Below are positions 27,419 through 40,418 of a stretch of 64,000 nt of DNA, in pieces. Under the pieces are notes generated by a model that was given only the letters and a program-made list of their open reading frames with translations, searched no databases and was not told where the DNA came from. Source of the DNA: Rotaria socialis (taxonomy: Eukaryota). Position 1 is the first letter of the stretch. The number at the start of each line of letters is the position of its first letter. The stretch lies in the NCBI GenBank assembly GCA_905331295.1, contig CAJNYD010000012.1:248001-312000 (forward strand), in the 5' to 3' direction. The position numbers and the translations under genes were made by a program.

Positions 27419-27667
27419 CCCAGTGAAAAATATACGCTGATTTCAATCAAATTATTGTGCAACAAAATGCAATCCGCAATCGGATTGATACTTAGAATTG
27501 TGCTACAGAACAATCAGAATTCAATCAAACAAATTTCCACTGGGCTAGCAATAATGTCAAGGTTGGGTCAAATGGTGATCGATTATAATCAAAATTATCA
27601 ATCCGATTGCGGATCGGATTTTGTTGCGCAATAATTTGATTGAAATCAACGAATATTTTTCACTGGG
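27419..27667. mobile_element. MITE with ~70-bp TIRs (CCC termini, CMC/EnSpm-like)
   Basis: CCCAGTGAAAAATAT...CAATCGGATTGATA inverted at the right end; GA dinucleotide on both flanks. Confidence 0.8.
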
Positions 27668-29963
27668 GAAAATACGAGTAATCGAGTTAGTATTCAGCGT
27701 CGTTTTAGGAATACATTCAGCAACACATGATCTGTGCGCTACAATGCATGAAAATAAAACAATAGTGCGCAATTAAGAATAACTATATAGTTAAAGGAAA
27801 ATTAGGAAATAAGCTTTTTGGACAAATTATCTATTTTATCTTCTATTTTGCCTCATGAGTCACTAATATGGCTCAATGAATGAGTTATTTAAAACAAAAT
27901 TCATTTCAACTATTGATTTCTTGAGTAAGACTAAATATTTATTTGAAAATATAAAACTATTTGTTAAATTTCATATCTAGACTCAAAGAAGCAATATCGT
28001 TTTCCACAAAATATATTCTTTCCTGAAAAATAATTGCAACAAAAGATGAGTGACAAATCTTTTACAAATCATAAAATTCAATATTCTGAAGAAACATCTA
28101 GCATTCAAACGACACTTTATGCATTTTTTATGCCTTGCTCAATGAAAATAGTTTTCAATTTAAGTTGTTCGACTTTTTTTTCTACTTATCGAAAGTAGAG
28201 GTGTCGATTTACAGTTTATTTTATTTGAGTTTAACATTAATTTAATTTTTGAATCGAAAAATAATTTTTATTTAATTTTTTATATTTTGAATTTAAAAAA
28301 TTTCTTGGATGGAAATTCATCGTTATCAGAAAAATCCATGAGTTTTACAGCAGTACATACTAATAAACAGAGAAACTACTGTTTTAGGTTGGCTTTTGTT
28401 CATATCAATGAAGGTTTCTTTAGAGATTATGCATGTTTTGCTATCTGTCTTCTGCCAAATGCACAAGCATACTTATAAACATATAATTATTAGCACAATT
28501 AGTAGACGAATGACAAGCTTTAACTTTAGAGAAGAAGAAATATATTAAAAGTTTACTTGAAATATTAACAATAAAATCAAAAACTATGTGAATCTGCTAA
28601 TTTAATCAATGATTTATTTCTTATGTGTGTTTCTGTTAACAGATTTTTGTTCGCTTTTTCTTACATTCTGTGAAGAAGCGTTTTATCTCTAAGTCATAAT
28701 TTAAAAAAATTAAAGATGATGAAACACTTATTTTCTCAAATTCTTATTATATACGTCACTGCTATGTGATCCGTTTTTAAACTCAATAAATTAAGCGTAG
28801 CAGAAAATGCTGAACAAGCATACGTCTGTGAGTATTTCACAAAAATCCACTAGAGTACGCAAAAAGCACTCGAGTTCAAGGGTGAATATTCATGGCATTT
28901 TCTAGTGTGAGCACTATTTCAATGCTCACTGGCCAAGTGCATTCACTATCCGTAAATCAACGATTTGTTATTTTCGAAATGCTCTTTTACACAGTCAAAA
29001 TCACTTATGGATGAACCTTCTTTCAAGTACTTTTCATACTTTTTGACAAAAAAGTACTATTAAGTACAAGTACTTTATAGGTTTTGTAGTACTAATTGAA
29101 AAAAACTGACTGAATAGCATCTTAAAAACTATAAAGTACTTGTAATATTAATATTGAACAAAAATAATTCTTAGTACTATTTTTCATTTTTTCTAGTGAA
29201 TTTTATTACTTTTTTTAAACATTCACTTGTACTTAGCAGGACTGTATCGTCACCGATATGAATAGTACTTAGCAAAGGTTCTCGTATAATTAATTTTAAG
29301 CGTGTAAAAAAAGACTTTCAAGTGTACTTAAGCTTAAGCGCTGATCTTTGACTACTTCTCTTTTACATGGGTAGACTGATTCATTTAATATCATGAATCT
29401 ATGGCGGATTTTAAATGATTGATGACCTATCACGTTTTATTTCTACATAGTATATGTGCAATAAAAGAAAAAACACAACACTCAATAAATTTTTGTTTCG
29501 GTCACGCCCAAAAAGTATCATTTTTTTCATATTTAAGCATTTCACGCAGTGAACAATTATCCAGAAGCTGTCTTTATATATAAATGGTCAAATAGTATGG
29601 CTTTAGATTCTCAAATTTTAAATTTCATAGTCGACAAATGACCACGTAGAGAATTTTCTGCCTAATACATCAAGGAAAAGCAATAAAATATAAATCATGA
29701 ATTCGTGATTGAAACTAACATTTTAAAAGTTTTAATTTCTGACAGAATTAGATGTATAGCTAAGAGTTGAGGATTCCCAATTATCCACTTTATTGAGATA
29801 TTCGCATGACCAAGATAGCAAGTATACCCATGGAAATCTAATGATAAAGTTATTGAAAAAACTTCTTTGAACACTGGAGGGTATTGCTAGTGGGTGTCGC
29901 TCTTTTATTCCCGCATATCTACATCCACTATCACAGCAACATCTACAATCTCAAGATGATCTT

Positions 29964-30370
29964 GTTGGCTCACCGATAGCCTCTTCAAAAGTCTATTCAT
30001 ATGTTGAATGTCTAGAAACTTCGCCTTGCAAGGGTTGGTTGCCATCCAACGATACACTACGGGCTTTTACTTCAGAACGTGCCGTTAATCTATCTATTGC
30101 TGTACAAGATGCTACTAATGCTTACTCGCCTAAGAACTTTGATAGTGGATATTTAGATTTTCCCTTTGATCAAGCCATTCAAGAATGGATATCACAAGGT
30201 GGTGAACCATGGCACTTGATCGAAAGTGTTGATGGATTTCATATTAGCCAATGTGGACATGCAATACCATTTGATCATGGTTACAATCCAATAAACCTGA
30301 TTGGTTGCCCCCGGCTAATACACACACTATCGATATTGAGCGAATCTTTAAAGATCAAGGTGAACACTAA
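29964..30370 (+). pseudogene. AOAH: 3' fragment duplicate of AOAH
   Basis: Closely matches ~20562-20978; a 10-bp deletion after GHAI causes a frameshift; no 5' part. Confidence 0.9.
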
Positions 30371-30691
30371 GACTACTGCATAGGATAAATTTTCTATTTT
30401 TTTCCGAGACAACGCTTACATACGAAGTTCAAGCAAGTATGTGTTCAATTATTGTTAACTCTTTTGAATAGATGTACCTAACAAGCGCGTGAAAATTGAC
30501 AGAAATTATTAAACGCTAGTAGGTCAACATGACACACGAGATGTATTTTCTAGCAGTTCAACATATGATCGTACAATACTATTCTGATTGAAAGTTAAGT
30601 GTTTTTACACAGACGCTTCTTCCTCATGTAATGAAAACAACTGTTACAGATAAATTGATATAAACGGGTACTCATCTAAAAGATCATAGAT

Positions 30692-32230
30692 TCACTTTTT
30701 ACTGTTTGCTGTAACCAAAGTTGGTAATGGTTTAATATCCGGTAGTACCATTTCTTGTCTAGCAATAGGATTATTTAGCATTGTGTCTTTTTTGTAATAT
30801 TCCAAAAATAAACCTCCGTTGAGTAAGTGTGGATTTAATCGAAGGTACTCTTCAAAGCTAATCTGTTTGGGGCTTTGTGCGATAGCCAGATCAACCATTT
30901 GAATCCAGAAATAGGTCATTGTAAAATGAAATGTTGTCTTTCGCGCTATGGGACTATTTTGAATGAAATTCTTAATGCCATCAAATATTTTATTGACTCC
31001 TGCTCTACGTCCATCGCGAATCAAATAAAGCCATGCCATACGCAGGTGAGTTTTATGAGACCAGCTTTTCAGTGCATTAGTTTCGAATTGTTTTAAAAAT
31101 TCATCGTCATCTAATTCATCAACTGTTGGTTCGAGTGCTGAGTCAATCTTTTTCTCCACTATTTTGTTAGTAGAAGCAGATGATGCACGTACAATACTTG
31201 GTAGCTGTTTCAAATCGGGTAAAACAATGGTTATTTTTGCTTGACTACTAAATAATGTATCTTTTTTGTAATAACTCAATGGTACTTCGGTTTCATTCAG
31301 CAACTGTGGATTCATCAGTAGAAAACCTGTAAAATCATTTGTAGGATTTTTCGTTGCTTCAAATGCATAGTGTACGATTTGAAGCCAAAAATAAATCAAT
31401 GTCTCATTCATATCATTGATATAGCTCTTGAAACGATCAAATAGCACTTTCACAGTCTTTTGTCTACCATATATTGTTAAATTAACCCATATTATTCTCA
31501 ATAATGTACGGTGGTCAAATGCGTCCACAGATAATTGATGTGTCTCAAATTTCTCAAGAAATTCCTCGTTCGTATCCGCGTCTATTTGTGATAACCATTC
31601 TAACGACTTATTTTCATTATGATCGGTCTCAGTTGTTTCTGCCGTAGATACATTAGACTCCTTGATTTTGTTCATGATTCCCAAAGTATGTGGCGATTTC
31701 AATGCATGTACTAACCAAGTTAAACCTTCATGCAAACCGACATTTGCGCATGCACAACATGTCTGTAAATGCCATTGTCTATTTCTAATGTTGTTCAGGT
31801 TCATCTTTTGTATCACATAATCGGATTTCATACTATTAGGTAAGTCGACTTTATTCAAAAAAATTAATACGGGCAAATTGATTAATTCTTCGGCACACAG
31901 TATACGCCATAATTCTTCGTTTGCTTCTGATAGTCGTTCTCTGTCATTTGCGTCAATCACCATAATAAGAGCTTGTGTATTTTGAAAATAGTGCCGCAGC
32001 AAAGGCCGAATTTTATCACATCCTCCAACATCCCAAATAGTTAAAGAACTATTTTCATGCACTATGGTTTCTACATTAAAACCAATCGTTGGAATCGTAC
32101 AAACAATTTCACCAAGTTTTAACATGTAAAGAACCGTCGTTTTTCCTGATGCATCAAGACCCATGGTCAACACACGATATTCAGGTGCATGATACAATTT
32201 ATTAAGCATTGCACGAATGCGTGATGTCAT
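30692..32230 (-). CDS. Intronless Arf-family GTPase fused to two tandem copies of an uncharacterised helical domain
   Basis: [36 protein letters not shown]; internal repeat YFWLQIV/YFWIQMV, NPQLLN/NPHLLN, YYKKDT x2, [18 protein letters not shown]. Confidence 0.9.
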   Translation of the reverse strand: MTSRIRAMLNKLYHAPEYRVLTMGLDASGKTTVLYMLKLGEIVCTIPTIGFNVETIVHENSSLTIWDVGGCDKIRPLLRHYFQNTQALIMVIDANDRERLSEANEELWRILCAEELINLPVLIFLNKVDLPNSMKSDYVIQKMNLNNIRNRQWHLQTCCACANVGLHEGLTWLVHALKSPHTLGIMNKIKESNVSTAETTETDHNENKSLEWLSQIDADTNEEFLEKFETHQLSVDAFDHRTLLRIIWVNLTIYGRQKTVKVLFDRFKSYINDMNETLIYFWLQIVHYAFEATKNPTNDFTGFLLMNPQLLNETEVPLSYYKKDTLFSSQAKITIVLPDLKQLPSIVRASSASTNKIVEKKIDSALEPTVDELDDDEFLKQFETNALKSWSHKTHLRMAWLYLIRDGRRAGVNKIFDGIKNFIQNSPIARKTTFHFTMTYFWIQMVDLAIAQSPKQISFEEYLRLNPHLLNGGLFLEYYKKDTMLNNPIARQEMVLPDIKPLPTLVTANSKK

Positions 32231-33934
32231 CGTAGGAGAATTGCGTTATTTGCTGCAAGTTTTTTGTCTATACCTGTTTCGTCTAATGATTTGTAATTCT
32301 CTGACAATGCATATTTTCTTTCATTTAAATATTTTCCTGTTGGATGACTCAGCGAACATAATATGCATCTTGTTTCTTCTTCTTCATCATTCTGTTAAGA
32401 ACACCTTCAGAACGAGCAGAATTACAAAATATTCTACTTCTAGCGCCCTCTACATCAGTTCATTCGACTCCGGTCGCACTCATACGAGTAAAAAGCAATT
32501 CGTTTTATTGATTTTCAATCTCGATAAGTTAGTCGTAATCAAGAGAGATATTACACATCCATAATTTGCTATGACCATTTTCGGTTTTGCTTAAAAGTCA
32601 CATCCAATGGCTAACCTAAATGAATTTCGAAGAATATATGTAAGGTCTAACTTCATTGCGACACAAATATGTAGTATAAATATTCCGTTGCCAGTATTGT
32701 GATTAGCTTTTGTAGAACGGGTTGTATGTCAGATTAAGAACTGTTGAAAAAAGTAGTAGATGGATCGATGAGTTTAGAAGATGAAATTCGAAAGCATTAT
32801 ATGTTGTACTTCAATTATGACTTAGATATTTATTATTAGGCATAGTAAGAATCCTATTAAATGTTTTTTTTTTCAGGAAGTAAAAATCAATCAACAGGAA
32901 GCCATTAAATGAACATGTGTGCAGTCCGTGTTGATCATTCTGGTTTACCATATACAGATAGAACTCACAATAAATAGCTTTGTCTGGTGGGCACTGTTAA
33001 ATTTTAAGCGTCTAATTCACCGACAACCTACTGTGAAGGATAACTGTAAAATTGCCCTAAGATCGGGACTGAAATTACTTCCGAATATTTGACAATTAAC
33101 TGTCAGAATATTCTCTGTCTATCTTATTATACAATCTCAGTAATATCCTTACAAAGAAGCATATGATTCTTCATAAAGATGTTCGAACAATTTGTCTATT
33201 TGAAATCAGTTTGATGAATCTAAAAAATAGATGAAAATAGATCGAATCTCGACCTTCTAGCAAATTTTTGTTGCTGAAATTAATTCAATCAAGATTTACA
33301 CAAAAAAGTACAAGAGATCAAAGAGAATTCGAAACAAAATTCTATAAAATATCAACAATGGTTCCAATATTGCCGACAAGCATCATAAAACAAATTGTTT
33401 AAGATTCAAGTAATTATGACAATAGTATGTCGAGGATAAATTTGAATATTTTTTTAGTTTTAATTCAAAATTAATTCGAAAATAGTTTTGAAATTCACAA
33501 TCGATACATGTCGTCTACCTTTCACTACAATAACCAATGAGCTTTTAGTTTCGGCATTTTGCTTTATATATTTTTCCTTATATTTAATCTTTGAAGTTAC
33601 AAATGATCCTAACAGTTAGTTTCTCTTTCGTTGGAAAACCATTTTCTAATAAGTGTCTCGTAAGATTTTTTAAACTTTTACGAAGCAGTGTCTTCTGTCT
33701 TAGGATTATTAGAAATCGTAAGACCGATGTGTTAACAATCATATGATTGGAATGCTCGGTTTGAACAAAAAATACAATAGCTTCTAATAAAGTAATTAAT
33801 ACTATCATTCTTTCGTATGTCCGGATAATAGTAAGTCGCGCTACTTGACTGCTAAAACTAATGGCACTTTGCTACAAAATTTTGTATTCGATTCGGTTTG
33901 ACTAGGATGGCATGCCAATTGACTTGATGAGGAA

Positions 33935-34898
33935 TCAGTCCGAACTTTTTTTTTCTATATTTGATTTTCGTTCTTGTTCACTTTCAAATAGAATTCTATA
34001 GCCTAATTGTTCTATTAATAAATATTTAATCGTTCTCAATTGAGCATATGAAAAGCCATCAGATATCCACATGCATCCTCCGGGTCTCAATATTCGATTC
34101 TGGTCCAGTAAAATAGTTCTCCATTCGATAGGCGTCGATCCATGAAACACCAACGAATGATGAATAATGTCAAAGCTAGATTTTGCAAATGGTAACACTT
34201 TTCGACCATCTAACAACAAACAAATACCACCTCTTTCAGTAATATATTCACAGTAGGAATGAAATCGAACCTTCTCCAGCATCGATCATAAGTTGACGCT
34301 TCGAAATGATATAAATTATGTAGATAATCAGGATTAAATATAGCTAGATCGCTAGTGAAATTGAGTCTCATGTTTGACCAATGAACAGCTGATTCGTTGG
34401 TTGGTACTGGTAATTTTCCATATTTGTTTGGCCAACGATAGTTTTTCGGCGGTAAATGAGTACACGAGGAAAATTGAGGAGAACTAGGTGCGAATGAATG
34501 GTCGATCGCAGAAATGCAACTGAAAATTTTGCTCAAACTTTGGATCGGTTGGACAATACTTTATTGGTTGATAATAAGTAGCATTGAATGAAACATTTTT
34601 ATTTATTTATTTTTTTGTAAAGAAGTATTTAATGCTGCTCAAATATTCCATTCATAAATTTTATCGTTAAACTTATCGATTGCAAATAATTTTTCGATAA
34701 GTCTTTTGTTTTTATTTGATTATCTTGATCGAATTTCTTACAATAAGGTGAAGCAAATCTTTGTTGCATTTCATAAAATTTAGATTTTTTACATCCATAA
34801 TGGTAGTTGAGTGCAATATATATGAATGATATGCAGTTTAACACTAATGAAATAACAAGTAATGTTTTGATTCATGGAAAAACTTTCAAGCAATTCAT
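33935..34898 (-). pseudogene. Decayed type II membrane class I SAM-dependent methyltransferase-like gene
   Basis: ERGG...LPFAKSSFDIIH...LLDQNRILRPGGCMW motifs; N-terminal hydrophobic anchor; TGA at codon 9 (34872-34874), frame changes between ORFs, glycine-rich motif I not found. Confidence 0.65.
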
Positions 34899-35160
34899 AT
34901 TGATATGCTAACGATCAGCTCGCGTATTTTAAGATTTATATTTTGCTAAATATCTTCGAATTGATGAAACTATTACTTAAGCTGTATAGTTGTTGATGCT
35001 CGGCGTCGTTCTTTCGATATGAATTCCGTTTTCAGGCATTCAATAATTGAATAGTAATTAGATATTACTTTGTTGATGTTGTTCGGCGATAAAATACGAT
35101 GAGTTGAAACTGATCATTGAAGTAAGGTAAACAGAGGCAATGATGCATAACCGTCTGGCT

Positions 35161-36297
35161 TAGGTGCTCATTCTAGTCACATATTTGCGGATGATCTCAA
35201 CATACTCGTATCTCCGCCAATATGCCGAGAAATAAAGTCAATGATTAAGTTTCTAGAAGAGGAAGGAACCAAAATTTGTAACCAAATAGCAAACTATTCG
35301 AAAAAATGGAAACAACCAGTTAATGTATCTAAAACAGTAGCACAGATTTTTCACTCACAAGTGCAAAATCCAATAATCAATGTTTTTATTGATGGCAAGA
35401 AATTAGAAATAGTTAAAGGGTTTAAATATCTGGGCTTCTCCTGGACAAGTAAGATGTCCTTAAAACCAACAATTGATAAAACTCTTGAGAATATTCAAAG
35501 AACATTCAGTAAGTTAAGATAGATGAAAGGTGGTAAAACTGTCTCAACAGACGTTTTGAGAAGATGTTTCTTTGCGTACAGTTTTCCGTATTTTGCCTGG
35601 ATGTTTCCACTGTATCCATTCCTACCGAAAACCCAAAAAGAATTGTTGTTAAGAAAGTTTAGAAACGGATTAAGACTGGTTCATCGCTGTCCCTTTGCTC
35701 GAGCAAAAAACCTTCTACAAAAAACAAACGAAGACTCTTTAGAAGCGTATGTAAAACGATATATAAAGAAAAGATTAGAACGAATTGAAAAATCAGATTT
35801 AGGTCGCTCGCCCTTTTACAATGATATATTTTATTGGGATTCATTCCATAAAGATAAGAATGATCACCTTGGCCATTTCTTTCGAATGAAGCGAGTCAGA
35901 CGCAAACGTGACAGACATCAATCGCTGCTTCTGAAATGACTTGAATTTTTAGTTGAATGAAATCAGCCATGTGTTTTTGTTTTTTGTTTAATGTTCCGTG
36001 CTCTCTACCTCTCACTCTTTTACCGCGTCCCTATTTTTCTTGTTCTTATTCTTGTTCTTGTTCTTTTCTTTTATTCTCATTTTCTCCTTTAATTTCTTTT
36101 TCCTTTTCGAGTTATTTACATGTATAACTCTATACATCACACTCTATCTAGCAAGCATGGTATCTTATGATTATATTATTCTCTCTTCTATATGTTTAAA
36201 AGTTCATTGCCGTGATAATCAAACAGCTGGAAATTCTTACGGAAACTCTTGTAAGCACTTCCGAGTGTAACAATAAAAGAGCGAAATTTAAAAAAAT
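35161..36297 (+). mobile_element. 5'-truncated non-LTR retrotransposon (RT C-terminus, 3' UTR, short A tail)
   Basis: HIFADDL, VNVSKT, FKYLG motifs in one frame with stops at 35520 and 35937; pyrimidine-rich 3' UTR ending in AATAAA and an A run. Confidence 0.85.
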
Positions 36298-38869
36298 TGC
36301 CCAGCTCACCGTTTTAGTAAATGGTTTTTCAATGTTTGTGCTAAAAACGTACTGACAATAACTGATTAACTGTTAGATTTATCGATATATTGTAAATAAG
36401 AAATTGTGATTCCTTCCAGAATAGACCCTAGCGATAGAATAGTATGAGTTCATCAGAAAATAAATAAAACTCATGTATATATATTTTTGAATATTTGAAT
36501 ATTATATTCTCTTTATGATTAGTTATTATTCGTTGTGTATATATATTAGAAAACCACTTTAGTCTATATGAACAATCTCTCTAGATTGCCATGGTTTGTA
36601 ATTTTACTTCTATATGCAATTACGATTCAGAATATCAGCTACCTTACCTTTTAATATAAAATTCTATTTATTTATCATCTTTTTCGTTCAGATTCAGCTA
36701 AGGAGTTGTAATTAAAATAACTATTGACTTTCAAAGTCTTTTCGAAATAGAAAAATAACAGAAGCATTGTCGATTTTCTTGAGAGTACGAAAAACAAAAA
36801 AGAAATAGAAATTCACTTGACTCGAAAAACAAAAACTGACAATCAGAACTTTTCCAAAGTAATGCGATAATACTACTACTGTTCACTGTAAAAAATAATG
36901 TATGTAGCAAGTATCTGCTCTAAAAACCTGTTCAATTTCAACGTAAAACTGTATTCGTCATAAAGCGATCTTCATCTCCTAAAGGAACAGTAATTTATTT
37001 GGATTCAAAGGAGCCTTTAATGACATCGCAAGCTGATGTTAGATAAAAAAATCGATCTGAAAATGAATTGAACATACTGCACAATAATTTCGTTATTATT
37101 CATTTACTAAGGCTCCACTGATTTGATTAGATTAAAGACCTCTGTTTTGTGCACGAAATATATTTTTTAGCAGCGCTTTTTGAATGAACTTGTTCGAATT
37201 AGCCTGCGTTCTGTTATATTATATCAGGTATTTGTTTCTTTGTCGCTCATAGAAAAATTGTTAACTTTATATTTATATTATATTTATTTTTTCGAATTAT
37301 CTGAATTATTTATCTTTATTTTATAAACATAAATATTTCATTTATCGTTACTTTATAAATATAAAGAATTTATTAATCTTTATTTTTTAAATATAAATAA
37401 GATATTTATCTTTATTTTACAAATATGAACATTTTATTTATATTCACTCGTTATTATAAAGATCAATAAAGATCAATAAATATTAATGAACACCCATAAT
37501 AGTCAGTCGAATAAATCACTGTACTGAAGTCGATCTAGTTAACGATGGTCAGACATTTACTAAATGATTTTTATGAATAGCATCGTTTTTCTTTACCAAT
37601 GCACTCTGATTCAGCTTAGCACGTATTTCTGTATCACTATGCATGGACATAACTAAATTAGTCTCATCTTTCATATTCGACAACTATAAAAATGCAACTA
37701 CTCATATTTTTCTCATGTGAGATTGATTCTGGATTAATAGATAGTCATACATATTATCGTTTGCTTGATCGATGGTATTAGACTTGCAATTTGTTTTGGT
37801 TCAGTAATATCATTTCTTGAAATCGTATTTCGAAAGTGTTCACTTCTCTTATTTAATATATTTTACATAATTATTGGATCATTATACAGAGTTCGAACAA
37901 TAAAATAAAATTTGAAAAAGTTTCATGGATATTCTAAGTATCCATATTCATCTTGGCAATCAAAAATAGGTAAGGACTTCGAATAGTAAGTCACCTATGT
38001 TTCCACTGTTGCCATACTATCAGATCACACTACTCACTGAAATAATATTATAGTAAGCTTTTGATTTTTCTATCGCAAAAAACGCAGTCACTACTGGCCA
38101 GTAATCATCAGTGTAAAACAGGGTATCTTGAAGGTACGGTTATGAGGTGCATATAGAACAGGTATCCCGAGCTTGTGAGGATTCGAGATGACTTCGTATG
38201 AATATTAAATTAGTTTCATATGGAAAAGTGAGATATAGTCACGCAAACAATACTGTGAAATAATCATAGAGCATTCTATGTTTACGATACCATTCAACTC
38301 TTAATTTTTAATAGGAAATCATCGTGTGAGAGTAGATGCACGCGATTTTTTGTATTCAACGCCTTGTTTTATACTATAAGTGTTAAATCAATCTTATAAT
38401 TGCGAATCGAATCGCTGCTTACATTATCAGATGCTGGTTTCATTCTCTCCACCTGAATTAGAATTATTTGAAGACTACGCATACTGCATATCTAATCAGT
38501 CTTTGAATAAAAACAACAGCTAGCATTACGGGACTGAAAAATTGATTACTTTTTCTGGTAAACAATTGCCGAATTCTTCTATAGTACAGAGGCAAGAAAA
38601 TTGATTTTGTGCAACTTCTGAACATCTGCGTAGAAAAAAAAGTTACGCAGCATGCTTTTATGTCTTCTATAATCAAATCTTATACATTCACCGGCATGTT
38701 AAAATTAGGCTGCGAAGCAATACAAATTGTATTCTTGGCGGCATGAAATAACATCATACAGTATTGTTTCAAACAATTATACATACATAAAAACTAGACA
38801 GAAACTATTGAAACAATACTATTCTGTTTCGCAGTCATTTGTTAAAATTTTTCAATTGAAAGCTACATT

Positions 38870-40418
38870 ATGGTAAGCATCAGCATGAATTTATTAGTGT
38901 TATTTAAAAATCCCTCTCGTGCTCAATTTTATTGAATATGTGTAGGATCTAAATGAAGTTCATCCGTACGTGCAAACGCCACAAAACTCGGAGTATCCTT
39001 TACAACTCGCACCTAGAAATTGGCCAGAGTCCCCTTCCAATCAAATGTCGCGGTTAAGTAATTGGAATACAAATTCAGGTTATCCATTGAATTCCCAATC
39101 GAACATGATGGGTCAACCACAATACAGACCAGCAGATCAAAATCAATTGGCCCGAATGCATGCATGGGGGGATTCAACTATGGGTAAACCTAATGAAATA
39201 AATAAGCCCACAAATGCAAACTCAGCTTTGACGTAAGTCATCTTCTTTTACAAGTTGATGGATAATGATTGAAGTCAAAGTTGTCATTGTCCGCATCTCA
39301 TAAACTCTGATCAGACGCGAGTCTTCATGTGCCTGCCATTGGTTCACTAAGAAAACTCACTTTATGCATGGATTATTAGCTTGAAATTGGTCCTACCGAC
39401 GTGTTCTAAAAAACATAAAATTTTGTTAAGCCTACAGATTTATTTAAAAAAAATTACTCATTGTAAATTTTAACCGGAACTTTTTAATACTTCATTTAGC
39501 TGTCAAAACTTACTGGCAAAAGTGACTTCATCAAAAATGCTTTTCTTAATGGCTGGATTTATTGTGTGTGGCATACCATTAGCTGTTTTTCTAACACTCT
39601 GGTAAGAACAAAGCTATCACATGTTTTTTTTTCTAATTATTTTCGCGTTCATTTCCTAGGGCGAGCAGCCGCTCAACATCGGCAACAACAACAACAAGTT
39701 CGATTGTAACAACTGCAACAGTTTCAGGTACCAATAGCAACTCTCTCTTTGCTTCACACACCATCGTCGTACTGTGCCAGAATTTTTTACAAGGAAAGCT
39801 AAGAATTTTAGGGAACCGAAATAAAATATAATATCATTACTTCTACATGAAATCAGCAGAACCTATATAAACAACATAATTAAATGTGAAATTAGAATCG
39901 TTTATTTTATGATTCTAAAAATGAATTTTACTCTCTATTTCACTTTTCTTTTACACGGGAAAAAACATTTTCTGATACATTCCTGTCTAAATTGTGCCAT
40001 ACTGCTAATTTCAAGTACTTCCTTTTTAGTTTCTTTACCAATACAATGCTATACTTATTCAACTCTCACTGAAGTGTATCGAAATTATCAGAATGGTTAT
40101 GCCTGTTGTTGGTCCCCATATGATACCTCGCCATCTTTAACCCCTGGTTGGTATCGTTTTACAGGATCTGCAGGTTCATCAATTCTTACGACCCCTGTAT
40201 TAACCACAAATACTTGTGGTACTAGTTATCCTGGCTATTTCAATGGAACGCTACCGTCTACAGTTGGTGCATCAGTAACAGGAACTGCTTGCTTTTTTAC
40301 AGGAACTCCTTGTGGTTATTCATTAGCACCCATAACAGCTGTCAACTGCAGTGGCTTTTATATTTTTTATCTATTGCCAGTGGTTAATTCAAACTATAGA
40401 TACTGTTCGACAAACTAA
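38870..40418 (+). CDS. Type II single-pass membrane protein with Ser/Thr stalk and UMOD/GP2/OIT3-like D8C domain (exons 38870-38872, 38946-39232, 39500-39601, 39660-39727, 40030-40418)
   Basis: TM segment MLFLMAGFIVCGIPLAVFLTLW; GWYRFTG..CGT.YPG..GTLP..CF...C...VNCSGFYIFYL...YC; canonical splice sites. Confidence 0.75.

Noticed and set aside
28980..29372. AGTACT-rich quasi-palindromic tract
   Set aside because: Probably a MITE remnant, but only one terminus could be found
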